The notes under the pieces are model-generated. The model was given only the letters and a program-made list of their open reading frames with translations, was not told the DNA's origin and searched no databases. DNA of 64,000 bases from Thermoplasmata archaeon (GTDB lineage Archaea; Thermoplasmatota; Thermoplasmata; Lutacidiplasmatales; UBA184). The position numbers and the translations under genes are program-made. Location of the stretch: positions 38,946 to 102,945 of the forward strand of contig JAKIVU010000002.1 of NCBI GenBank assembly GCA_022750375.1, read 5' to 3'. This document shows, one piece after another, positions 20,059 through 28,963 of the stretch (positions are counted from its first letter, which is position 1; every line of letters begins with the position of its first letter).

Positions 20059-20212
20059 CCGGATCCTGCGCTGCCCGACGTGCGGCTCGACGCGGGTCGT
20101 GCTGAGCGCCGGGTCGATCACCGGGCAGGTCTACCACTGCCTCGATTGCCAGTACATCGGCTCGTTGATCCTGGAAGTCGACGTCGCCGACGACGGCACC
20201 CCGCTGCCGTAG
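20024..20212 (+). CDS. Zinc-ribbon microprotein
   Basis: CPTCGS...[13 protein letters not shown] at 20024 overlaps the gyrA 3' end. Confidence 0.65.
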   Translation: MGRRPTRRIHRNRILRCPTCGSTRVVLSAGSITGQVYHCLDCQYIGSLILEVDVADDGTPLP

Positions 20213-20218
20213 TCGAGC

Positions 20219-21499
20219 TCAGTCGTCCGCGTCGACCGACGCGAGCACGCCCGGGGCGCGAGGGGGACGGACCGCCTGCTGCTCGGCGGCGGCGACGAGC
20301 GCGAGGGCGCGGACCGTCGGAAGGACGTCGTGGGTCCGCACGAGCGCCGCCCCGCGCTCCGCGGCGAGGACCGCGGCCGCGATGCTCGCCTCGAGCCGCT
20401 CTGCCGGAGCCGCTCCCCCCAGGAAGGACTTCCGGGACGCGCCGATCACGACCGGGTAGCCGAGGCTGCGGAACTCCCCCGCGTGCACGAGGAGCTCGAG
20501 GCTCTGCTCCGCGGACTTCCCGAACCCGAGGCCGGGGTCGACGAGGAGCTTCTCGGGCGCGACCCCGGAACGGATCGCCGTCTCGGTCGCCGCGGCGAGC
20601 GCGCCGAACACCTCCCCGCGCAGGTCGGAGTACGCCAGGTCGTCCTGCATCGTCGCGGGCGTTCCGCGCATGTGCATCACGATCACCGCGGCGTCCGACC
20701 GGGCGGCGACCCGGCGCATCTCCTCCGAACGCAGTCCCTCGACATCGTTGATCACGTCCGCCCCCGCGGCGACCGCCTGCGCGGCGACCTCGGCGTGCCG
20801 GGTGTCGATGGAGATCGGCACCGGACTCCGGTCCCGCAGCGCCTCCAGCACGGGCGCCACACGGCGCCACTCGGACTCGGCGGACGTAGGGACCGCCCCC
20901 GGGCGCGTCGACTCCCCACCGATGTCGAGAAGGCTCGCGCCCTCCTCGGCGAGCCGAAGCGCGGCGGCCGTCGCCTCCGCTGGGGCCGGGAACTTCCCGC
21001 CGTCGGAGAACGAATCGGGGGTCACGTTGACGACTCCCATGACCCGCGGGTGGTCTCCCAGCGTCAAGGAACGATGCGCCCCGACGACGGTGCGGGGGCC
21101 GTGCGCCACGTACGCCCGCAAGGCGCGGTCGACCTCCCCCGCAAGCTCGGTGAGACCGAACGGTTGACGACGGAGCTTCGGCAACAGCCGTCGGTACTGT
21201 CCCCACGTCGCGAGGAGCAGTACGGGGCTCGACGCGACCGAGTGGTCCGCGACCCCCCGCGCGTGGGCGGCGTCCCCCCCGACCGAGAGGAGCTCCTGCT
21301 TGAGCAGCGGCGACGCCTTCAGCGACACCGCGGAGAGCCGAACGGGAAATATCCGACCCTTGCGCGTCATGATCCCGACCCCTTCGGGGTCGCTCTCGGT
21401 GCGCTCGATCTCGCGGGCGATCTCGTCGAGGCGCTCCCATTCGAGCACGCGCGCTCCGAACCGATGCGACAGGGGTTCGACGGCGACGGGCTCCGACAC
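20219..21499 (-). CDS. folP: Dihydropteroate synthase with an N-terminal extension
   Basis: MGVVNVTPDSFSDGG, DIGGESTRPG, DPGLGFGK, SRKSFLG, RTHDV; TATTTAT box about 25 nt above GTG 21499. Confidence 0.92.
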   Translation of the reverse strand: MSEPVAVEPLSHRFGARVLEWERLDEIAREIERTESDPEGVGIMTRKGRIFPVRLSAVSLKASPLLKQELLSVGGDAAHARGVADHSVASSPVLLLATWGQYRRLLPKLRRQPFGLTELAGEVDRALRAYVAHGPRTVVGAHRSLTLGDHPRVMGVVNVTPDSFSDGGKFPAPAEATAAALRLAEEGASLLDIGGESTRPGAVPTSAESEWRRVAPVLEALRDRSPVPISIDTRHAEVAAQAVAAGADVINDVEGLRSEEMRRVAARSDAAVIVMHMRGTPATMQDDLAYSDLRGEVFGALAAATETAIRSGVAPEKLLVDPGLGFGKSAEQSLELLVHAGEFRSLGYPVVIGASRKSFLGGAAPAERLEASIAAAVLAAERGAALVRTHDVLPTVRALALVAAAEQQAVRPPRAPGVLASVDADD

Positions 21500-21590
21500 G
21501 TTCGGGGGAGTCGCCCGAGCGATAAATACGGCCGCTCCCCGCACCGGGCAACACCGTTTAGCGGCGGGGCCGGTCCCGGACCCTGCTTCG

Positions 21591-22313
21591 ATGGTCGTGG
21601 TATCTCCGGGACGGGTCATCGCGGTCGACGGGGCTTCCGCCGCTGGAAAGACGCGCGCGGTCGTGGCCGTCGCACGGTCGACGGGCTGGAGCGCGCTCCG
21701 CGAAGGATATCGTCGCCTCTCTCACGCCCCCTCCCTGGGCTTCACCTCGTCGCGGGAGCTCCTTGCGCTGGAGCAACGACTCCTGCGCGAGGAGGCCCGT
21801 CGGTTTTCCGAAGCACGCGCCCAAGCGCGGGACGGGATCACGGTGATCGCCGACTCCGGATTCCTCGGGCCCCTCACGTACACGGAGGGGTTGGTCGCTC
21901 TGGGGGCCGCGCCCCGGTCTGTACTTGCATCTCTCCTCGCCCTCGCGCGCCGGCTCGAGCATCGGGGCACGTGGGGGCTCGCGGACGCGTACGTCTTTGT
22001 CGACACGCCCGCGTCGGTCCGCGACGCGCGCACGCGGGCGGACCCCCGCGGTCATCCTCCGGAGTTCGCGCGTCGCCATCGGGAGGTCGGGAACCTGGAG
22101 CGCCGGTTCTATCGCGAACGGTTCGCCCCGCTCCTCGGCTCCCGATTCCGTTCCGTTTCCGGTGTCGGCGCCCCGGCGGTCGTGGCGCGACGGGTCGCCC
22201 GAGCGGCGCGGGACCGGGGCACCCCCTCGCCCGAGCGGGGGTTGGCGGAGGCCGTGCTCGCCCTCTTCCCGGCGAGCGACGGGCCGGTGGACCCCTCCCG
22301 CGGTAATCGTTAA
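21591..22313 (+). CDS. Thymidylate/deoxynucleoside kinase-like P-loop protein
   Basis: VIAVDGASAAGKT Walker A, VIADSG, YVFVDTP..VR..R. Confidence 0.65.
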   Translation: MVVVSPGRVIAVDGASAAGKTRAVVAVARSTGWSALREGYRRLSHAPSLGFTSSRELLALEQRLLREEARRFSEARAQARDGITVIADSGFLGPLTYTEGLVALGAAPRSVLASLLALARRLEHRGTWGLADAYVFVDTPASVRDARTRADPRGHPPEFARRHREVGNLERRFYRERFAPLLGSRFRSVSGVGAPAVVARRVARAARDRGTPSPERGLAEAVLALFPASDGPVDPSRGNR

Positions 22314-22342
22314 GAAGGCGACCCGGCCTCGCCCGCCCTCCT

Positions 22343-22555
22343 ATGCGCCCCCTCGATGCGCTCCAGCAGAGCCTGCACAAGCGGGTCCTCGTGGAAATGA
22401 AGGGCGGACGCTCGTACCGTGGCGTCCTGGACGCCTACGACCAGCACCTGAACCTCGTCCTTTCCGCGGCCGAAGAGGTCGTAAAGGATGTCGTCACTCC
22501 GCACAGCGGGTTGACGCTCGTCCGGGGCGACTCGATCGTCTACATCTCACCGTAG
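22343..22555 (+). CDS. lsm: Sm-like archaeal protein (Lsm/SmAP)
   Basis: RPLDAL...GVLDAYDQHLNLVL...VRGDSIVYISP; directly upstream of rpl37e, a conserved pairing. Confidence 0.93.
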   Translation: MRPLDALQQSLHKRVLVEMKGGRSYRGVLDAYDQHLNLVLSAAEEVVKDVVTPHSGLTLVRGDSIVYISP

Positions 22556-22567
22556 GAGAACACGCGC

Positions 22568-22732
22568 ATGTCCAAGGGAACTCCGTCCAGCCGGGGAGGC
22601 AAGATCGTCCACGTCATCTGCCGCCGCTGCGGGCGCCACTCCTACCACCGCCAGAAGAAGGTCTGCTCGTCCTGCGGGTTCGGGGATACCGCCCGACGCC
22701 GTGGCTACGACTGGGCCAAGATCAAGCGATAG
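22568..22732 (+). CDS. rpl37e: 50S ribosomal protein eL37
   Basis: My translation (below the ORF-track cutoff): [54 protein letters not shown]. Confidence 0.95.
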   Translation: MSKGTPSSRGGKIVHVICRRCGRHSYHRQKKVCSSCGFGDTARRRGYDWAKIKR

Positions 22733-22845
22733 GGTCGTCCCCAGCCCCTCTCCCGCCCGACCGTGTGGTCCTGGATTGGTCCGGACGCACTCGCACAGGT
22801 CTTTGAGCGGCGAATACCTCGCTCGGTTGGAGTCGATCTAGCGCC

Positions 22846-23556
22846 GTGAGTTTTCGAAATCGCCTCGTTGCGGAGAGATTTCTCGCACTGCGCGTGCCGT
22901 GGCCGGATTGGATTTTCGTCCCCGTCCTTATTCTCTGGGTCGTCGTCAACTTCGGATTCTATCCAGCCTATCCGTCATTCATCCTCGCAGTCGGGACGTT
23001 CCGGGCGCACTCGAATGTCATCTTCCCCATCACGTGGGGTTGTGCTCTCCTATTGTTCGCGTACGGGCTTTGGCTGTTTCATCGTCGCTACGCCCTTGAT
23101 CTCGTCCGCACCGTCGTCTACGCGATAGCTCTCTCCTTCGCGGCCACGTCGCTCTTTGAGATCCTCTACCAGAACGTCGGGATCGGAGCCGGCGTGGGCA
23201 ACCAGTCGCTGGAGGGCCAGGCAATCAACCTGAGTGCCTTGCTCCTGGCGCTCTCGAGTCTTCGATTCTGGCGACTCAGCCGGCCGTTCCTGATGTCGGC
23301 CGTCCTGTTCCTCGGCGGATGGCTACTATGGCTCGCCGCAGGGTATCCGCAGATCTACAACCCCTCCGCAGGCCTCGCCTCCGAGGGCTATGCATTCAAC
23401 TCGGTCCTCAAGGTCGGGGCGTTCGTCGTCGTCGCTCTGCTGGTCAGCTTTGCGCTCCCGTGGATAGAGGAACGACCCCCTGCCGAGGGCAAAGGCCCAA
23501 TATCCGAGGAAACACCCGTGGCCGCTTCTACCGCGGAGTCAGCGACCAGGCCGTAG
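22846..23556 (+). CDS. Hypothetical integral membrane protein
   Basis: About six hydrophobic segments; somewhat more AT-rich than its flanks. Confidence 0.6.
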   Translation: MSFRNRLVAERFLALRVPWPDWIFVPVLILWVVVNFGFYPAYPSFILAVGTFRAHSNVIFPITWGCALLLFAYGLWLFHRRYALDLVRTVVYAIALSFAATSLFEILYQNVGIGAGVGNQSLEGQAINLSALLLALSSLRFWRLSRPFLMSAVLFLGGWLLWLAAGYPQIYNPSAGLASEGYAFNSVLKVGAFVVVALLVSFALPWIEERPPAEGKGPISEETPVAASTAESATRP

Positions 23557-24141
23557 TGCCGGTCGGGGCCGAGAGACCGCGGCGTCGCCGTCGATCCAAA
23601 AGCGGAGCGGCCGCTCGGTGGCGCGACTGATCCCTACGCGCGCCCCCACGCCGATCCGTCGCGGTCGCACCCGGCGAGCGAACACGGCGACCCGGCTCCC
23701 GACGGTGACGTCCACGCCGTCGTCTTCGATCCTGACCCCCAACGCGCGACAGAGCCGACCCGGCCCGGTCGCCGTCTCGTCGCCGGCCGCCAACAGGGCG
23801 CCGGCCCGGAGGAGCACCGCTTCCCCGCGCCGGGTGACAAGGTTCGCGCACACGACCTGGTGGATCCGATAGACGTAGAGACTGCCGGGGGGGCCGAACA
23901 TCGACCGGTTGCGTCGGGTCGGTCCTCGAAACGCGTGACTTGCCTCGTCGCCGCGGAGGTACGCCTCCGTTTCGACGAGGCGTACTTCCCGGGTGAGGCC
24001 GTGCGCGGTGACTCGAAGACGCGCTCCGAGCAGTTCCCGCGCGACCCCGACAGTGGGGCGGTCGAAGAACGCCCGCCCGAGGCGGCGTTCCTCGGCCGGG
24101 TCAGAGGAGCTTGCCGCGGTCCGCGAGCGGATGCCCGTCAA
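23539..24141 (-). CDS. mpg: DNA-3-methyladenine glycosylase (AAG/MPG family)
   Basis: FFDRP...VARELLG, LVETEAY, MFGPPG.LYVY, AVLLRA, GPGRLC, RVGIS. Confidence 0.9.
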   Translation of the reverse strand: MTGIRSRTAASSSDPAEERRLGRAFFDRPTVGVARELLGARLRVTAHGLTREVRLVETEAYLRGDEASHAFRGPTRRNRSMFGPPGSLYVYRIHQVVCANLVTRRGEAVLLRAGALLAAGDETATGPGRLCRALGVRIEDDGVDVTVGSRVAVFARRVRPRRIGVGARVGISRATERPLRFWIDGDAAVSRPRPALRPGR

Positions 24142-25210
24142 CGGTGACCGTCGCCTCCCCGACCGTGATCCAGGAGAGGTATCGGCAGCGGTTGCGACCG
24201 CCGTAGATCGTGTTGCCTCCGACGGCGAGCGTCACGGTGCCCGCCTCTTCGTCCTCGGCCTGGGGGACTCCGGGAGCGAGGGCGGTGTTCAGCCCGAGCG
24301 CGAACAGCGCGACGACCTCGCGACCCCGGGGGGCCCAGGCGAAGTCGGCCTCGAACGTCTCCGCCCCCTCCGTGTACCAGTAGTTCCGGAGGCGCCCGCG
24401 CTCGACCTCCCATTGGGCTCCCGCGACGCGGCCCGAGGAGAGGAAGCTCGGACGGTTGCCCACCACCGTACCCTCCGCACTTCCCTCTTCCACCGCAACG
24501 ACCGCGGACCCGGCGGGACTCGCGCTGACGGTCCGGCCGTGCCGCCGATCGTCCCGGTCGATTCGTCCGTCGTCGACCCACGGTGTGCGCCCGCGCAGCC
24601 GCAACGAGACGTCCGTCCCGTTCGCCGCCGTCACACGCAACGTGCGACCGGTCCGGAGCAGGCGCGCGGTACGCTTCGCATCGCGCGCGAGCGCGGCGTA
24701 GTCGACCTCCGTGATCGCCCGGATCAGCTGGCTCCGCCACGTCGCCGCCGGAACGGACCACCGCTCGGCCTGCGCGTCGGAAACGTAGCCGAGCAGGCAG
24801 CGCACGGTCCGGATCCGCGCACGCTGCGTTCGGCGTAGCCATTCGTCGTCCGCCCCGAGGAGCGAGGCCGACCGCTGGGGGGGCATCGCACGAAGGCGGG
24901 GCCGGTCGGCCGGCCCCGGAAAGTAGACGATGGCGTCGGCTCGGGAGACCGCGGCGACGACCGGCGGCGAGGGGCCGGACCATCGCGCGGGGGAGCCGGG
25001 GAGGTCGAGACTGCGCCAGAACGCGTCCTCATCCTCGAGGACGAGGAACGGACGCGCGCCGAGCCGTCGGGCCTCGGTGACGCACGCGGTCGCCCAGGGA
25101 AGGGTGTGATTCCACGTGAGCACGGCGACGTGCTCGCCCCGTCGCACGGCGAGCGCGCTGCCCAGCAGCGCCCGAGCGACCGCGGGTGGACTCGCTTCGT
25201 TCGAGGGCAT
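24101..25210 (-). CDS. M29 (aminopeptidase T)-like protein, metal ligands degenerate
   Basis: LAVRRGEHV, LRVTAANGTDVSL, DDG, FALGLN, EDEEAGTV.LAVGGN..YGG.N architecture. Confidence 0.7.
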   Translation of the reverse strand: MPSNEASPPAVARALLGSALAVRRGEHVAVLTWNHTLPWATACVTEARRLGARPFLVLEDEDAFWRSLDLPGSPARWSGPSPPVVAAVSRADAIVYFPGPADRPRLRAMPPQRSASLLGADDEWLRRTQRARIRTVRCLLGYVSDAQAERWSVPAATWRSQLIRAITEVDYAALARDAKRTARLLRTGRTLRVTAANGTDVSLRLRGRTPWVDDGRIDRDDRRHGRTVSASPAGSAVVAVEEGSAEGTVVGNRPSFLSSGRVAGAQWEVERGRLRNYWYTEGAETFEADFAWAPRGREVVALFALGLNTALAPGVPQAEDEEAGTVTLAVGGNTIYGGRNRCRYLSWITVGEATVTVDGHPLADRGKLL

Positions 25211-25233
25211 CGGCCAGACGTAGGGACGCGCGA

Positions 25234-26562
25234 TTATAGGGCGGTGGCGCCCGACCGAACACTCGCGACGATCGTCGGCGCGGCGGTCGGGTCGGCTGCG
25301 AGCGCCCGCGCCACCGCGACGATCAGGTGGCCGGCGTCGTCGTACGGCGGAGAGAAGCCGAACGGACCGAGGTGTCGGGGAAAGTCGGCCCACCCACCCC
25401 TCCCGGAAGCCGCGTTTCGGACGACCGTCCGGATCCGCCGCCCTCGCGAGAAGTCGGCGATGTCTCGGCGGAGTCCCGGCGCGGCGCCCGCGGCGCGCGC
25501 GACGTCGAGCCACGCTCGGAGCTTTTCCGGTCGGTGGCGGCGCCGTCGCGCTCCGTATCCGAAGACGCCGTTGAAGTACAGGAACGGTCCGCCATGCTCC
25601 ATCGCTTCGAGGAGCGTCCGGCTTCCGGTGACGATCCGGAGCTCCGCGCGGGCGAACCGACGCCGCCACGCTCGCGGCGACAGCGGGCCGACCGCTACGA
25701 TGACCCGGTCGGAGGGGAACGTCGTGGCCCATTCCCGACCCGTGCGTACGTAGAGCCGCACGCGAGGTCTCGCCTCGGAGAGCCCGGCGACCACGCCCGG
25801 CGCGATCGCCTCGGCACTCGGCGGGCTCGCATACCAGACCCACTCCCTCGCGGTCTTCGCCGCGCGGCGCGCGTCCGAGCGCCGGTATCGGGGCCAGAGG
25901 GGCCCGGTCTGGACCGCGGCGGGATACTCTCGTGCGAACTGTCGGTCGGCCCGGAACGTGGCGAACAGGTGGAGCACGTTCGCCCGGTCGAACGCTCGAT
26001 GCGTCCGGAACGCCGTTCGGAACTGATCCACCTCTCCGGCACGTTGGGACCGGGCGAGACGGGCGGGCAGCGCGCGGCGGAGCACTCCCCCCTCGCGGAG
26101 ACGCTCCCGATTTTCTTCCGCGGAGGGAAGGGTTCGCGCGAACTCCTCGAGACTGACGTGCAACGTCGACGCGGGCCCGTACGCCTCCTCGACCGCCCGC
26201 GCCTCGAGTTCCCACGGGCCCCCCCGACCGAACGGTTCGGGTCGGCTCGGGGCGGCGCTGATCCCCCACGCCGGGGAGACCGTCAGTGCGGCCGGCGCGA
26301 GAGGAACGAGCCGATCCCGGCGCTCCACGGGCGGCCAATCCCACGGACCGTCCACTGAGCGCGGAAGCGCACGGCCGGGGAGGCGGAAGAGGAGCGGACG
26401 GAACCCGGCCCGCGCGAGTTCCCGGCCCGCGGCGAGGACCTCCTCGATGTCCCCGAGACCACCGCCCACGACGGCGGGAAAGAGATAGACGTCGACCCCG
26501 GGACGCCGGCGACCGGTCCTAGGCGACGGGTCGGTAGAGCGTCTGATCGGTGAGGGCTTCAT
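25234..26562 (-). CDS. Hypothetical protein, possible GT-B glycosyltransferase-like fold
   Basis: N-terminal VYLFPAVVGGGLGDI.E..A.GREL and C-terminal IVTGSRTLLEAM..GGP resemble GT-B signatures; start uncertain. Confidence 0.5.
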   Translation of the reverse strand: MKPSPIRRSTDPSPRTGRRRPGVDVYLFPAVVGGGLGDIEEVLAAGRELARAGFRPLLFRLPGRALPRSVDGPWDWPPVERRDRLVPLAPAALTVSPAWGISAAPSRPEPFGRGGPWELEARAVEEAYGPASTLHVSLEEFARTLPSAEENRERLREGGVLRRALPARLARSQRAGEVDQFRTAFRTHRAFDRANVLHLFATFRADRQFAREYPAAVQTGPLWPRYRRSDARRAAKTAREWVWYASPPSAEAIAPGVVAGLSEARPRVRLYVRTGREWATTFPSDRVIVAVGPLSPRAWRRRFARAELRIVTGSRTLLEAMEHGGPFLYFNGVFGYGARRRRHRPEKLRAWLDVARAAGAAPGLRRDIADFSRGRRIRTVVRNAASGRGGWADFPRHLGPFGFSPPYDDAGHLIVAVARALAADPTAAPTIVASVRSGATAL

Positions 26563-27451
26563 GGAATCCTCCTTCCAAGAGGGCCGCGCGGCCGCGCACG
26601 TTCGAGGCCGGTAGTCGCGTCGCGATCCGGGGAGCTCCCTGCGCGACGCACCAGTCGATCGCCGTGCGAACCAGCGCGATGGCTTCGGGGGCCGAGACTC
26701 CTTCCCCGATGATCGGGCTGGAGACGTGACCGGAGTTCGACGCGCGCGTGGCCGTGGCCGAGAGGTGCCCCTCCGGTCCCTGGCCGTGGTCGACGACCCA
26801 GGCGGCCGACGCGCTCTCGAGCACGCGGTCCACGAAGCTCGAGCCCCGCAGCGCACCTTCCGCGACCGGGAGCACTTCCAGCACTTCGGGGGGAGTGGAC
26901 CGGCGCGCCACTTCGACCAGAGGGCGCGCATCGCGGGGACGGAACGGACGGATCGCGGTCGACGGGCCACCGGTGAGGGGCGCATTCGCGTCCCGGACGA
27001 ACAGCGCCCCTTCGCGGAGCGGGCGGTATCCGATCCGCTCGTAGAGGGTCCGCGCCGCAGCGTTCTGGCTGAGCACGTCCAGGACGATGTACCGCCGTCC
27101 GGTGGCTTGCGTGACGGCCCGCGCCCGTTCGAGCAGCGCCTGGGCGAGACCCCGCCGTCGATAGGCGGGGTCGACGACCACGGTGCTGACGTACCCGGAC
27201 CGCTCCGGGAACGACAGCAGCGTCGTCGCGACGACCTTACCGTCTTCCTCGACCACGAAGAACCGGTAGATCGGCCGGCCGAAGAGACGCAGGAGCCGGA
27301 TCACGAACTGGGTGTCCCAGCGGAACAACCTCCGTACGACCTTCGCGAACCCCTCCGGGTTCGTGCCGATCAGCGCCTCTTCCTCGGGGAATCCGATCTT
27401 CAGCAGTTCGAAGACCCGGGTCGCGTCCGTCTTCTTCAGTTCTCGGATCAT
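26519..27451 (-). CDS. GNAT N-acetyltransferase (tandem GNAT fold)
   Basis: VVVDPAYRRRGLAQALL, N.AARTLYERIGY; a second, degenerate GNAT domain follows. Confidence 0.85.
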   Translation of the reverse strand: MIRELKKTDATRVFELLKIGFPEEEALIGTNPEGFAKVVRRLFRWDTQFVIRLLRLFGRPIYRFFVVEEDGKVVATTLLSFPERSGYVSTVVVDPAYRRRGLAQALLERARAVTQATGRRYIVLDVLSQNAAARTLYERIGYRPLREGALFVRDANAPLTGGPSTAIRPFRPRDARPLVEVARRSTPPEVLEVLPVAEGALRGSSFVDRVLESASAAWVVDHGQGPEGHLSATATRASNSGHVSSPIIGEGVSAPEAIALVRTAIDWCVAQGAPRIATRLPASNVRGRAALLEGGFHEALTDQTLYRPVA

Positions 27452-28941
27452 CCGCTCTCCTCGTCGTCCGCGGAGGCGGGGATCGCGGTCTCGAACAGCA
27501 TGCGAAGGGTCGGCGGCGTGACGTCCCCGCCGACCTCGGGGAGGGGAAGACGCGCGAGCCGGTCGAGTTCCTCCTCCGAGAGCCGCTCGCGGACGTCAAG
27601 GAGCGCCCGATGCACGAACGGGTCGGACGTGCCGTGGGAGAGACGGCCGAGCGCTTGCACGGCCGCGTCGAACAGCCGGCTCTCCGCGTCGGACCGCACG
27701 TTCCCGGCGGGGTCCGGGTCCTCGAGGACGAGTTCGTCCGGGTCGCCCGGCCGGACCCCGTAGAGCAGTCGGACGAGCTCTTCCCGGGCGCCGTCGTCCG
27801 CGAGCCGCCCGAGGGTCCAGATCGCGGCGAGCTTCACCTCCGCGACCGGGTCGGTGAGCTCCTCGCGGATCCGCGGCGCCGCTTCGGTGAGACCGAGACG
27901 GCCGATGGCGTAGGTGGCGCCCCGGCGCGGCCACGGGTGGACGTCGTGCAGAAGTTCGAGGAGGACCGGCAGTTCGTCCGCTCCCCCGGCGGCCCCGAGC
28001 GCGATCGCCGCGGCGCCTCGCACGGCCCACGACGGGTCCCGGGCGTGCGTCAGCGCGGCGGCGCGGGCCTCGGGCACGCCGAGGTCGCCGAGGGCGTGGA
28101 GCGCACAGACGCGCACCCAGTGGGCCGGATGGTCGCTCGCGGCGAGGAGCGCTGGCACCGCCTCGACCGAGCCGATCCGTCCGAGCGCCACGAGGATCGC
28201 GGGCTTCTCCCAGGTCTCGGGGGTCGCCAGTCGTTCGAGCAGGAGCGGCACGCTCCCCCGGTCGCGGTGGCGGCCGAGCACGACAGCCGCGGCGACGCGC
28301 ACGCGACGAGACGGGTCCGCGAGGAACGGCCGAACGGTCGGGATGACGGAGGCGTCCGTCCGGCGGCCGAGCCCGAGGACCGCCTCGCGACGGACCCGGT
28401 CGTTCGGGTCGGCGAGGAGCGGAGCGAGGGCGTCGGCGGCCGCATCCGTGCCGATCGCGCCGAGCGCGGAAGCGACGACCTGACGGACCTCGGGGGACGG
28501 GTCCGTCGCGTGTACGGCGAGCACGGGGATCGACCGCGGGTCGGCGAGAGCGCGAAGCGCCCCGGCGACGCGAGCGCGCACGATCGCGTCGGGGTCCTCG
28601 AACGCCGCCTCGAGCGGTTCGCGGCTCTCGGCCCGACCGATCGCGCCCAGCGCCTCGGCGGCGCTCGCCCGCACTCCGATGTCCGGGTCGGTCAGCGCCG
28701 CGGCCAGCGTGCTGCGGCCCCTCGGGTCCTTCAGGATGCCGAGCGCGACCGCCGCCGTCTGGCGGAGCCCCGGCGACGGGTCACTCAAGGCGAGGAGCAG
28801 CGGCGTGAGGTCCTCGAGACGTCCCTCCGCGATGCTCCTTCGGATCTTCGCCGCCTGGCGCGACGGGGTTTCCGGGGGGCGACGTGGGGCTCGTCGGGGC
28901 GTGGTGCGCGGTCGGGTCGTTCGCCGCGATCGGGGAGCCAC
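27448..28941 (-). CDS. HEAT (PBS lyase-like) repeat protein
   Basis: More than ten ~31-aa repeats of L.DP...VR..AA.ALG. Confidence 0.88.
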   Translation of the reverse strand: MAPRSRRTTRPRTTPRRAPRRPPETPSRQAAKIRRSIAEGRLEDLTPLLLALSDPSPGLRQTAAVALGILKDPRGRSTLAAALTDPDIGVRASAAEALGAIGRAESREPLEAAFEDPDAIVRARVAGALRALADPRSIPVLAVHATDPSPEVRQVVASALGAIGTDAAADALAPLLADPNDRVRREAVLGLGRRTDASVIPTVRPFLADPSRRVRVAAAVVLGRHRDRGSVPLLLERLATPETWEKPAILVALGRIGSVEAVPALLAASDHPAHWVRVCALHALGDLGVPEARAAALTHARDPSWAVRGAAAIALGAAGGADELPVLLELLHDVHPWPRRGATYAIGRLGLTEAAPRIREELTDPVAEVKLAAIWTLGRLADDGAREELVRLLYGVRPGDPDELVLEDPDPAGNVRSDAESRLFDAAVQALGRLSHGTSDPFVHRALLDVRERLSEEELDRLARLPLPEVGGDVTPPTLRMLFETAIPASADDEESG

Positions 28942-28963
28942 CTTCCTTCGACGCTGTACGGGG

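Noticed and set aside
22740..23556. Slightly AT-richer stretch as a possible foreign island
   Set aside because: A single membrane-protein gene with no integrase, tRNA target or flanking repeats; hydrophobic codons explain part of the bias.
27600..28800. Roughly 93-nt periodic similarity
   Set aside because: Explained by HEAT protein repeats.
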